The position numbers and the translations under genes are program-made. A stretch of DNA of 63,327 nt, the filler included, from Myxococcota bacterium (GTDB taxonomy: Bacteria; Myxococcota_C; UBA6777): the NCBI GenBank assembly GCA_023150835.1. It is 3 parts of 3 records of this genome, joined end to end, with 100 filler letters (N's around TTAATTAATTAA, not from the genome) between each part and the next. Parts side by side here need not be neighbours in the genome. Positions count along the whole stretch, not along the records: positions 29,636 to 58,694 come from JAKLKB010000083.1; 2 more parts are not named here. The stretch is one strand, 5' to 3'. Below the pieces are notes generated by a model. It saw only the letters and a program-made list of their open reading frames with translations, had not been told where the DNA came from and searched no databases. Shown piece after piece: positions 38,519 to 48,031 of the stretch. Each line of letters begins with the position of its first letter. Positions within the stretch are counted from its first letter, which is position 1.

Positions 38519-39472
38519 TCACCACCCAAGCCAAGCCCACGGATCACCCCGTAGCAACGCCTCGATCACTTGGGTATACACACGATGTTCACGATACAAC
38601 ACACAGCGCGAAAAATTCGGAGAGGATGCAGAAACCCCCACAGACGCCCCCACAGACGCCCCCACAGACGCCCCCACAGTCTCCGAAAACGCATCCACCG
38701 CTTCATCCGAAACACTTACAGTCTCCGAAGACGCATCCACCACAACGCCAGAACAAGCCTCGATCAAGACCAATTCTGCGGGGGCCTCTTCAAAGGGATG
38801 CACCGAACGGATATGCGAAGCTTGCCAACCAAAGCGCTCAAAAATGCGCAGCAGCCGAGCCGATTGCTTTGCAGGAAATACCCACAACGACACGCCTTCC
38901 ACAGACAACATCGAATTTGCGGCAGAGGCGATCTCAACAAGCTCTCCGTGGATCTCGTGACGCGCCGCAGCACGCTCGGGGTGGCGGCTGACATCTCCCG
39001 CTGATACGGGCTGATACGGTGGATTGCAGGTGAGCAGATCGACCGCTTGTGCAGGCCGCCATGCACGCAGATCCGTGTGAACCAAAGAGATCACGCCCTC
39101 GCGCTGATTGGCCCGTAGATTCGCCCGCGCCAAAGAGATCATCGACGCCTGCACCTCCACCGCTGACCACCCTTCAAAGACCCCAAAAGCCTGCAATGGT
39201 CGGGCTTCTGCAACGCGATCTGCAAGATACAACGCCGCCAACGGAACCACACCGCTGCCCGTACAAAGATCGACCGCCCCGATCGACCGATGGATACGGT
39301 TTTGCAACAACAGCGCTCGTTCCACAGCAAAGGCTGCCAACAACACCGCATCAATCGAAAAACGATACCCTTTTTGATGTTGAAAGATCGTCACAGCGCG
39401 GCCAAAGATCCCATCCTCCGAGATCGGCCAATCTCCATACAACGGCACAACCAAACCCTCACCTGCTCCCAT
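38519..39472 (-). CDS. tRNA1(Val) A37 N6-methyltransferase family (YfiC/TrmN6-like)
   Basis: QHQKGYRFSIDAVLLA, DLCTGSG, CNPPY, ARHEI. Start uncertain. Confidence 0.85.
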   Translation of the reverse strand: MGAGEGLVVPLYGDWPISEDGIFGRAVTIFQHQKGYRFSIDAVLLAAFAVERALLLQNRIHRSIGAVDLCTGSGVVPLAALYLADRVAEARPLQAFGVFEGWSAVEVQASMISLARANLRANQREGVISLVHTDLRAWRPAQAVDLLTCNPPYQPVSAGDVSRHPERAAARHEIHGELVEIASAANSMLSVEGVSLWVFPAKQSARLLRIFERFGWQASHIRSVHPFEEAPAELVLIEACSGVVVDASSETVSVSDEAVDAFSETVGASVGASVGASVGVSASSPNFSRCVLYREHRVYTQVIEALLRGDPWAWLGW

Positions 39473-39640
39473 ACCAGACGGATAGATATCCCGCCGAAAA
39501 CAGCCTGAACCCTCTTGGCGAAGGGTGAAAGATATCCTATAGTCGGCGCGCTCGCAAGCCGCAAGTGGCGGCTGAAAATGACGCAAGCGACCAGAAAAGA
39601 CGCGCCACGACACCGACGATACGAGAGGATCAAAAGAAAG

Positions 39641-40144
39641 ATGTTCCAGCGCTTTGTTTCTCTATCGGCCCTATGCCTCGGCCTTTTCGCATCCCTCTCC
39701 CCAACACACGCCAACGAACCCTACACCAAAGAAGAACTCAACCTCTCCAAACCACCGCCTGCACGCATTCAAGACAAGCGTCTCCAACGCGTCTACCAAA
39801 CACTCGCCAAACAATACAAGCATGTCTACGGATACGCCGCACAAGACGGCTACTTGATGCCCAGAGAGATCCAAGAACTCGGCTTCCATCGCCGATTGAT
39901 CCGCCGCATCATCGATATCGACGAAAACTACGCACAGCTCCGTAAAGAACTTCAAAGCCTCCATCAAAAAGCACGCACACTTCGCCGCCGTCGAAAAACG
40001 CTCGATCAGGCCGATCAAAAGCGACAAACTGAGCTGCTCGCCAAACAAGAACACATCGAACAGATGATCCGCCGCTTTGCTTGCCGACACGACGCGCAGT
40101 ACAAACAACGCAACCCCAAACATTGCCCCAAGATCACCCTCTAA
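39641..40144 (+). CDS. Secreted hypothetical coiled-coil protein
   Basis: Signal peptide ending THA; coding-like bias. Confidence 0.7.
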   Translation: MFQRFVSLSALCLGLFASLSPTHANEPYTKEELNLSKPPPARIQDKRLQRVYQTLAKQYKHVYGYAAQDGYLMPREIQELGFHRRLIRRIIDIDENYAQLRKELQSLHQKARTLRRRRKTLDQADQKRQTELLAKQEHIEQMIRRFACRHDAQYKQRNPKHCPKITL

Positions 40145-40187
40145 CACGGCACGCACAAAGCCCGAAGTATCGCCGGACAGGGTTCGC

Positions 40188-41255
40188 ATGGCTCACTCTC
40201 CACCCAAAACACCACCACCGCCATCCAACCCCAGCACCCAACCCCCTCAAAGCATTCCGCTCTCTTCTGCGCCTTCCACCTTTCCTGTTCCACCTTCCAC
40301 CTTTCCTGTTCCACCTTCCGCGCCGCCACCTCCGCCTCTTGTTCCTGTTCCTCCTTCGGCCCGTTCCGTTTCGCCTCAACCACCCGAGCCGAGCCGAAAG
40401 GCGCGGCTCGGTTTTGGTGCAGTCGCGGATCCACACAGCGACTTTTACCAGATGCTCGGGATCGAAGCACGCGCATCCATCGCCGAGATCGACGAAGCGC
40501 TGCGTTCTGGCGTTCGTTGGTGGAACGGACAACAAGCCAACCCCAAATATCGACACCTTGCCCCTGAAGCTCTCGCAAGGCTCCGTGAAGCTCGTGAAAC
40601 CTTGCTCGATCCGATGTGTCGTCAAAATTATGACCGCTCGATCCAAGCCTTTCGCCATGCGCACCGCGAAGCCCGTTGGCAGCCGATCCGCGATCTCATG
40701 GATGTCCTGTTCCGCAAACCCCCCGCCACCACCGCCCAAGAAGACCTACTGATCCGCTACGCGCAAAAGCGCGGACTGGACGACGATGAGATCGAACGAC
40801 TTATCCAAGAAGAATTCTTGCGACGTGGCCTGACACGCCCCCTCCGCATCGCTCCCAACGCCGTCCCCCAACACCCCCCAAACGTCCGTTTCGGTTATCG
40901 CGTATCCATCGCAGCCATCGGACTCTGCACCGTCGGGTTGGTCGCCATGTCGCTGTTTGATCTTTCCCGTCCTGCCGTCCTTTTGATGCTTCCTCTACTC
41001 AACAACCTCCGACTGCTTGTGCGCGGATTGCACCTGCCCGAACGCACCGAAAAGGACCAGCCCAACGCATGGGATTGGATGGTCGGGATCACTGTGCTTG
41101 GTGGTTCGACACTCGCCGCTCTCGCCGATGCGTGGCGCTCCAGCCTGTTTCCTTTGGGCGCAAGCGTCTCTGTTCTGATCTGGTTGACTTGGCTGCAGAT
41201 TGTGTTGTTATGGCGCAAAACGCCGCTACGTCTCGAAGATCCTCTCGACGAATAA
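40188..41255 (+). CDS. J-domain-like membrane protein without the HPD motif
   Basis: DFYQMLGI..ASIAEI...AREtLLDP..RQNYD; about 4 C-terminal TM helices. Confidence 0.7.
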   Translation: MAHSPPKTPPPPSNPSTQPPQSIPLSSAPSTFPVPPSTFPVPPSAPPPPPLVPVPPSARSVSPQPPEPSRKARLGFGAVADPHSDFYQMLGIEARASIAEIDEALRSGVRWWNGQQANPKYRHLAPEALARLREARETLLDPMCRQNYDRSIQAFRHAHREARWQPIRDLMDVLFRKPPATTAQEDLLIRYAQKRGLDDDEIERLIQEEFLRRGLTRPLRIAPNAVPQHPPNVRFGYRVSIAAIGLCTVGLVAMSLFDLSRPAVLLMLPLLNNLRLLVRGLHLPERTEKDQPNAWDWMVGITVLGGSTLAALADAWRSSLFPLGASVSVLIWLTWLQIVLLWRKTPLRLEDPLDE

Positions 41256-41430
41256 CCGATGTAGCACCAGCTTTTTATGAGTGGCGTGACGTGTTGTGAC
41301 CACGAGCTGCACTACAACCAAGCCGTTCACGGGCGGAGGTATCCGCGCAAAAGACCGCTCCTCTTTTCCACCCTCGCCGTCTTGCCCCCAACACAAGCCG
41401 GCACAACCACTCAACCCAACGAGAGGTGCG

Positions 41431-41904
41431 ATGGAACGCATCGGAATTCACTGTCAAACCTACGGCCATTGGAAGGATATTCTTGTTTGCGCGATGTCGT
41501 GCCCTCACAATCAACGCTGCAAACAATTTTCCGCATGGCGCGAAGACCACGAAGAAGTCTTGTGGAAGCGCGTACTTTCTTATCTACGCGCCCATCCCGA
41601 ACACCCCTACCGACTTGATTTTCACCCCATACCCTCAACCCTCTGGGAGGATCACATGAAACGCTACGCATGCCTTATCGGCGAAACCATCCAAATCAAA
41701 ACCGAAGAAGAGATCACCGAACACCTCCTTTCTGGCGGCGAGATGTTCGAGCAGATCATCGAACTGGGCCGAGAGATGGAGATCCAAATCAAACTCGTCC
41801 CAAGCAGCGGCCCCAAACCCGCCAAAGAAGTCGAAGACAACGGCATCTCCGCCAAACCCAAAAAGAAGAAACCCTCCGATAAAACCGCCGAAGCTGCCGC
41901 CTAA
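41431..41904 (+). CDS. Hypothetical protein with an N-terminal Cys/His cluster
   Basis: GAGG RBS; second RBS plus ATG in frame at 41656. Confidence 0.7.
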   Translation: MERIGIHCQTYGHWKDILVCAMSCPHNQRCKQFSAWREDHEEVLWKRVLSYLRAHPEHPYRLDFHPIPSTLWEDHMKRYACLIGETIQIKTEEEITEHLLSGGEMFEQIIELGREMEIQIKLVPSSGPKPAKEVEDNGISAKPKKKKPSDKTAEAAA

Positions 41905-42091
41905 GACGAAATCCGCCCATCGTGTTACCGTAATGGTGTAGGGGCAGCCCCCTGTGGCTGCCCAAGCACAGGGCGTCTGGTTTGACAGTGTTCTACTCTC
42001 TGCAAAAAAATCAAAGGGCAGCCACAGAGGGCTGCCCAAGCACAGGGCGTCTGGGCGCTATCCTTCGATCATAGATCACTCGGATTTCGTA
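41905..42091 (+). mobile_element. MITE family A copy with TAA target duplication on a stop codon and an internally duplicated hairpin
   Basis: TAA|GACGAAATCCG...CGGATTTCGTA|TAA. Confidence 0.85.
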
Positions 42092-42810
42092 TAAACCCCT
42101 CCCCTCGCAACGGAAGGATCGAGAAGATCCGCAGCAAGCAGGACAGGCAATCGCAGCGACAGGTGCGATTGCAGCCGTGTTTGCAAGGCCAAAAGATCAC
42201 ATCGTAAGCCGCGATCACGCAAGTTGGTTGTAAAGTCCCGATGTTCGCGACCTTCCCGATAATCGGGCTCGCGGGGCGGATGTTGGAGATAGCGCCCGAA
42301 CAGATCGCGTGCAGCGTCGACCAGCAAGACAGCCTGATACACAAGCAGATGGCGTTGGCGACGCAATGACGAGCCGAGGATCTTGCGCCCATCGATCGCA
42401 AGGTCGGACATCCCACGCTGTACGACATCGCCGATACCGTCCGATGCAAGGGCTTCTTGGAGTGGTGTTTGGATCAAATGAAAGTAGCGTTTGTTTCCAA
42501 AAGGATCGCTCAGATACGCGGCAACCGCAACAATCAACATCCCGGGAGCCAAAACGACGGTTCCTCCGCCGCCTTGGCGGCGATACAGCGGGATCTGTTC
42601 TCGTTGCACAACATCCAGATGCAGATCGCGTTTTGCATCGCAGCCTTTGCCCAAAACGATGCATAATTGTTCTTGGGCAAAGACCTTGCAGCACCACGCA
42701 TCGCCGCTGTGTTCGAGTTGATCGACGATCTGCTGATCTCCCGAATAATCGGGGATCAACAAGCCTGCATCGCGATCAGGCACAAAAGAAGAAGGGGGTG
42801 GATGGATCAA
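42076..42810 (-). CDS. Lipoate-protein ligase A family protein
   Basis: RRQGGGGTVVL, SDLAIDGRKILGS, YLQHPPREPDYR..H; the last codons come from the MITE. Confidence 0.85.
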   Translation of the reverse strand: MIHPPPSSFVPDRDAGLLIPDYSGDQQIVDQLEHSGDAWCCKVFAQEQLCIVLGKGCDAKRDLHLDVVQREQIPLYRRQGGGGTVVLAPGMLIVAVAAYLSDPFGNKRYFHLIQTPLQEALASDGIGDVVQRGMSDLAIDGRKILGSSLRRQRHLLVYQAVLLVDAARDLFGRYLQHPPREPDYREGREHRDFTTNLRDRGLRCDLLALQTRLQSHLSLRLPVLLAADLLDPSVARGGVYTKSE

Positions 42811-42853
42811 GTGATTTGTAGGTTCCTGAGAAATAAGGGAATCGATCCAATAA

Positions 42854-42974
42854 GACGATATCTGAGAGAAGTGTACACAAAGGGTAGGTGCGATCCGCTG
42901 TAGACGCCCTGTGTTTGGGCAGCCACGGGGGGCTGCCCCTACATCTTGACGATCACACGATGGGCGATTTCGTA
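42854..42974 (-). mobile_element. MITE family A copy abutting a stop codon
   Basis: TAA|GACGATATCTG...CGATTTCGTA|TTA; the flanks differ by one base. Confidence 0.75.
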
Positions 42975-44192
42975 TTATTGGCAGGTTCCTTTGCCAAGGA
43001 CGCACTGTTTGTTTCCGCCGATGCTCAGACAATTGTATTCTTGGCCGACCTTGGGGGTAGGACAATCCGTGTCCACGTTACACGCTTTGCCGCAAAACTT
43101 GGTTCCGTTGTAATCGACGCAAAGGTTGGCGGTCGACACGCCGATATTGCAGTCTTTGTCGGCAGTACAAGGATCACAGGTTTGCGGGATCTTTTTGCAC
43201 TTGCCTTCCACGCAGATCTCTTCGCCTGCCTTGCAAGAAACTCCCACACAAGGATCGGCGCAAAAGTCTGTTTGCGGATAGCAGACTTTGGAACCTGCGA
43301 CTTTGTCTGACGAACAAAAGAAGCCTTGTGGACAATCGTTGGTGCCTTCGCAAGCCGTCAAACAACGCGGGCCATCCTTGAGTCCCTTGTCTTTTTGAAC
43401 ACAAAAGTCCTTGCTGATGCCGCAGTCGCTGTCGTTGGTACAGGTCGCACAAAGGCCCTTTTTACAAACGCCGCGTTGATCGTTGGCGGTGGGATCGCAG
43501 CGTGTCAGATCCGAACCGGGGTTGCGCTTGACGCAGTCTGCGTCCGTTTTGCAGATGATCGGGGGCTTACAGAAATAACTTTCGCACACAGGCTTTTGGC
43601 TATCGGTGCAGTCCTTGTCTTCGCGGCATTGGACTTGTCGGCATTGCTTATCGCGGCAAGCCTGACGCGCAGGGCAATCGCCGTCGGCAAGACAAGCCAC
43701 GCACTTCGCGGTGTCTGCATCGCATTTGGGTTTTGTGGCTTCTTTGCAGTTGTTATCGGACTGGCAAGCTGCGACACGACAGCATTGTTCTCCGCAGACC
43801 GTACCTGTCGAACAATCCGAGTTGCTCTTACAAGAAAGCGCGCACAAGTTACACTTAAATCCCGCCCCGTCAGGGATACACTCGCCCCCCATACCGCAGT
43901 CCGTATCCTTCTTGCAATCTTTTCCGCTGTTGGCGTAGGCCCCGCAACATCCGCTGTTGCAGATCTCGTTGGTCTTGCAATCTTTGCGATCCACACAAAG
44001 GCTTGCGCCACCCGCACAGGTGTTGCACTTGGCTTTTTCCACGCAGGTGGGATTGCTTTGGTATTGAGCGGTCTTACAACAAACCTGTTGATCCATGCAG
44101 TCTGTGTCTGCTGTGCAAGTGGCGGGACCACTCGGACAGCCCGAGGACATCAACAGAACAAAAAAAACAATACAATACAAAAGGATACGCAT
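42975..44192 (-). CDS. Cys-rich lipoprotein
   Basis: MSSG-C lipobox; many CxxDxDC repeats. Confidence 0.85.
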   Translation of the reverse strand: MRILLYCIVFFVLLMSSGCPSGPATCTADTDCMDQQVCCKTAQYQSNPTCVEKAKCNTCAGGASLCVDRKDCKTNEICNSGCCGAYANSGKDCKKDTDCGMGGECIPDGAGFKCNLCALSCKSNSDCSTGTVCGEQCCRVAACQSDNNCKEATKPKCDADTAKCVACLADGDCPARQACRDKQCRQVQCREDKDCTDSQKPVCESYFCKPPIICKTDADCVKRNPGSDLTRCDPTANDQRGVCKKGLCATCTNDSDCGISKDFCVQKDKGLKDGPRCLTACEGTNDCPQGFFCSSDKVAGSKVCYPQTDFCADPCVGVSCKAGEEICVEGKCKKIPQTCDPCTADKDCNIGVSTANLCVDYNGTKFCGKACNVDTDCPTPKVGQEYNCLSIGGNKQCVLGKGTCQ

Positions 44193-44544
44193 CTTCTTCT
44201 CCGGCATCGGTGCGATCAGGGCAAGGAGCCACCATCGAAAGGGCAGATGTAGCGAGCAGAAGGCTTTCCTGTCAAGAGGGTTCCCCATCCCGCTGGCTTC
44301 TACCCGCGTACGACAAGCCCGTACTTCCTTTTGCGTTGTTTTTTCGTGACAAGCAAAATCTTTTGCGCTGTTTTTTCTCGACAGGCTCGATCGAGTTCCA
44401 AGCCCAAGCCCGCATCGCGTTCTTCTCGGTTGCGTCCTGCGCATCTCCCATCAAAGCCGTCGCCTCAGATCGGTGCCTTGTGTTCTTTTGACGATCCACT
44501 ACAGTTCTTTGCGCTTGTACTGCCACAAAGGAGCCTCCTTCGAG

Positions 44545-47500
44545 ATGACCGCGAACAAACAAGATCCCGCCGATCAAGGGGGATGGTACACCATTGCTGT
44601 GGCTCGCCTTTTCCGCCTTCAACGGCAAGAAGTCGAGCGCGTTTCGTGGATGTTTGTTTACAGCTTGCTTGCTGTAGGCGCTTTCATCCTTGGGCGAATT
44701 GTCCGTGATACGCTGTTGCTCTCTCTTCCTCGAAATCAGGGTCTTGATGCGCTACCGTGGTTGATCGCTCTCTCCGCAGTGGCCGTCAGTGCGGCGTCTT
44801 ATGCCCTGTCGCGAACCACCAGCGAGCGCCGCCGCGATCAAACCATCCAGATCGTGAACCTTGCCCTCGTTGGATGCCTTTTTGTGTTGTATCTTGGGCG
44901 ACTGCTGTTGCCGCCAAGCGTGGGCTTTGTAAGCGTCCAAGCCACTTACGTTTATGTCGAAGTGATGGGCGCTTTGCAAGTCATCTTGTTTTGGACCTTT
45001 GCTTCGGAGCTCTTTGATCCAAGAGCGGCACGCCGCAGCTTCGCCATCATCGGGGGCGGTGCCGTCCTCGCCAACCTGTTGGCTTTTGGCATCCGCCCCT
45101 TGCTCTCGGTGCTTTCCGACCCCCATCACTTGCTGTGGGTGTTGTGCTTGATGATGCTTGGTTGCGTATGGGTGGTTCGCCGCATCGGGCAACAAAACCT
45201 CGCAACCCTCGAAGAGAGCGCACGAAAGAAAAAACCTTCTACACGCCCACACACTCCCAAACAACGCAAAGAGCGCGCATGGCTCAGTCATCCCCATCTC
45301 GCTGTCTTGGCGATGATCGTTGGCGTCACCTTTGTGGCCTCGACCTTGATCGACTATCAATTCAAAGCCATCGTCGCCCAAACCTACCGAACCCCCGAAC
45401 AGATCGGGAGCTACTTGGGTTCTTTTTATGGCATCACGGGGATCTTTGCTTGCGCTGTCCAATTTGGCCTTGCAAACCCGATACTGCGGCGTTTTGGGAT
45501 ACGCTTCTCTTTGCTGCTTTTGCCTCTTGCTCTGCTTGGAGGATCTGCCTCGCTCGGATGCTCTCTGCTGCCCGCCCTGCTGGCGATCGCCTTCACCAAG
45601 GGCAGCGAGAATGTCTTGCGTTATACGCTGTACGATGTTTCGCAAAATCTGTTGTATGTACCGATAGTCGGGCCTTTGCGTGCGCGAGCCAAAGGGTGGA
45701 TCGATGGAATCCTCAAACCTGCAGCGATCGGGTTCAGCGCGATCGGGATCGCCCTTTTCGGATACTTGGGGGTATCCTCACATCGGCTTTCTTGGGTGGT
45801 GGTTGGGCTGCTTTGTGTATGGATCATCCTGATCTTTCGTGTTCACCGAGAATACGTCGCCACGCTTGTGCGCTCCATGCAACGCAGCCGACTCGGCCTC
45901 GAAGGTTCCGCCCTCCATCTTGATTCCGAAGCCTCCGCCCTCGCTTTGCGCAGCGTCCTCTCCCAAGGCACACCACAACAAATCCTCCATGCCATCGAGC
46001 TATTACCTCACATGGCAGAACATTCTTGGTCTTCCGAGATCGCCCGTCTGTTGAAAAGCCCCCACACCGAAGTCTGCATCGCGGCCCTCACTATCCTCCC
46101 ACACCTCCATGAAACCCAACACGACGCATCGATCCGCCCCCTTCTCAAACATCCCGACGATCAGGTTCGCGCCCAAGCTATCGAGATCCTGTGTATCTTG
46201 CGCACAGAAGACGCAACCCACGATGTCCTCCCCCACCTCGGAGATCCTGCTCTCTCCGTTCGTAAAGCCGCCATCATCGGCCTGATCCGCGATGGCGGCC
46301 TTGATGGTGTGTTGCATGCCGCCGAACCCTTCAAACGTATGCTTGATTCCCCCGATCCTACACAACGTCAATGCGGAGCAGAGATCATCGCTTCTCTTGG
46401 CGTGCGCACTTTCTATCAACCGATCCTGCGTATGCTCCAAGACCCCATCCTCTCGGTTCGCATCAAAGCCATCCAAGCAGCGGGTTCCCTTCGCTCTGCG
46501 CATTTCACCGACGCGCTCTTTTCGATGCTCCACGAACGCTATGTGTCCTCTCATGCAGCCCGTAGCCTCGGACTTTACGGACCCGTTCTCTTGCCTCGGA
46601 TCCAAGAAAAGCTCGCCGATCCCACACAAGCACCGATCTCTCCCCTTCTATTTCGCATCCTCAGCGCGATCCCCCAACCCGAAACACTCGCTCTCCTTGA
46701 GCAGCTTCTCCCCAAACAATGCGCCTCTCGGCGCTCTGTTGTCTTACGCGCCATCTCTCGGCTCCGCCAACTACAACCCAACCTTCACCCCGATGTCGCC
46801 CTGCTCCGCTCTTGCCTTCGCACTGCCCTTCACGACGCCTACTTCTGGCAACTCGCCAAACAAACCCTTCACGCCTCTTTCCCCCAAGCCACCGCCCTCC
46901 ACGATGCTCTCCACGAACGTACTCACCTCGCACAACAAGAGATCTTTCTTCTGATCGACCTGATTTTTCCGCACCAACAGATCACCTTGATCCACCAAAA
47001 GCTCCTCCAATCCGACACACGCTTACGAGCCAACGCGCTCGAACTCCTCGACAACCTCCTTCAACCCGAACCCCGCACGCGCCGAGTCTTGCTTCCTCTT
47101 CTCGAAGGTGCCCACTCCATCGAGCGCATTGCCCTTGAATTCTTTCAACTCAAGCCCCTGCCGCTGCCTGCCCTGATCCCCTCCTTCCAAAAAGAACCTT
47201 GCCTTTATGCCTTCCTTCTTTGGACGCTCGCAACCGACCAAAACACCCCACCCACCGATCTTTTTCTTCAAGCCCGCAGTTCTCCCGATCCCTTGCTGCG
47301 CGAACTCACAGCCCTCCTGCTTTCTCGCACACTCCCAACCCACGAACGTGATGCGCACCTCGCTCCTCTTTTGCAGGACACTTCTCCAACCGTGGCGCGA
47401 TACGCCAACGTCCTGCTTTCTCGCACACCACACGAGGCCCCCATGCTTTCGACCTTTGAAAAGATCCTTTTCCTCAAAGAAGTCGACTTGTTTCAACGTC

Positions 47501-47889
47501 TTTCCACCGAAGATCTCTCGCAGATCGCACAGATCGCCGAAGAGATCCACGTCGAAAAGGACGAAGACGTGATCGTCGAAGGCGAACTCGGCGATGCCCT
47601 CTACATTTTGATTGAAGGCTCCGTCTCCGTGTTCAAAGAAGGCATCCTCTTGACCACGTTGCGCGAAAAAGAACCCTTCGGAGAGATGGGAGTGCTCGAC
47701 CATGCCCCGCGTTCTGCAACAGTCCGCGCCCTCGAAGACCTTCGGCTTCTCAAGATCGAACAACAGGCATTTCGCGATCTCATGGACGATCGTATGGAGA
47801 TCGCCCACAGCGTGATCCAAGTCCTGCTCAACCGACTCCGCAAAGCCAACCAATCCTCCGTACAATCTCCCGAAAAATCTACGTTCTGA
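44545..47889 (+). CDS. Npt1/Npt2 (NTT/TLC)-type MFS transporter fused to HEAT repeats and a cNMP-binding domain
   Basis: RDTLLL, FWTFASELFDPRAARRSF, LIDYQFK, RARAKGWID; HEAT repeats; FGEMGVLDHAPRSATV. Confidence 0.88.
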   Translation: MTANKQDPADQGGWYTIAVARLFRLQRQEVERVSWMFVYSLLAVGAFILGRIVRDTLLLSLPRNQGLDALPWLIALSAVAVSAASYALSRTTSERRRDQTIQIVNLALVGCLFVLYLGRLLLPPSVGFVSVQATYVYVEVMGALQVILFWTFASELFDPRAARRSFAIIGGGAVLANLLAFGIRPLLSVLSDPHHLLWVLCLMMLGCVWVVRRIGQQNLATLEESARKKKPSTRPHTPKQRKERAWLSHPHLAVLAMIVGVTFVASTLIDYQFKAIVAQTYRTPEQIGSYLGSFYGITGIFACAVQFGLANPILRRFGIRFSLLLLPLALLGGSASLGCSLLPALLAIAFTKGSENVLRYTLYDVSQNLLYVPIVGPLRARAKGWIDGILKPAAIGFSAIGIALFGYLGVSSHRLSWVVVGLLCVWIILIFRVHREYVATLVRSMQRSRLGLEGSALHLDSEASALALRSVLSQGTPQQILHAIELLPHMAEHSWSSEIARLLKSPHTEVCIAALTILPHLHETQHDASIRPLLKHPDDQVRAQAIEILCILRTEDATHDVLPHLGDPALSVRKAAIIGLIRDGGLDGVLHAAEPFKRMLDSPDPTQRQCGAEIIASLGVRTFYQPILRMLQDPILSVRIKAIQAAGSLRSAHFTDALFSMLHERYVSSHAARSLGLYGPVLLPRIQEKLADPTQAPISPLLFRILSAIPQPETLALLEQLLPKQCASRRSVVLRAISRLRQLQPNLHPDVALLRSCLRTALHDAYFWQLAKQTLHASFPQATALHDALHERTHLAQQEIFLLIDLIFPHQQITLIHQKLLQSDTRLRANALELLDNLLQPEPRTRRVLLPLLEGAHSIERIALEFFQLKPLPLPALIPSFQKEPCLYAFLLWTLATDQNTPPTDLFLQARSSPDPLLRELTALLLSRTLPTHERDAHLAPLLQDTSPTVARYANVLLSRTPHEAPMLSTFEKILFLKEVDLFQRLSTEDLSQIAQIAEEIHVEKDEDVIVEGELGDALYILIEGSVSVFKEGILLTTLREKEPFGEMGVLDHAPRSATVRALEDLRLLKIEQQAFRDLMDDRMEIAHSVIQVLLNRLRKANQSSVQSPEKSTF

Positions 47890-48031
47890 TTTTAACGCCT
47901 TGCCGCTCAAATCCTTGCGCCTTTGCTTCTATGCGAAGATAATGCGAGTGTTTGCTTGGAAAGAGCGCACAACAAACAAATCCTTGTTCCTCCACATCAA
48001 GCGGGCCATCGCTGCGCAAAGTACTCTCACC

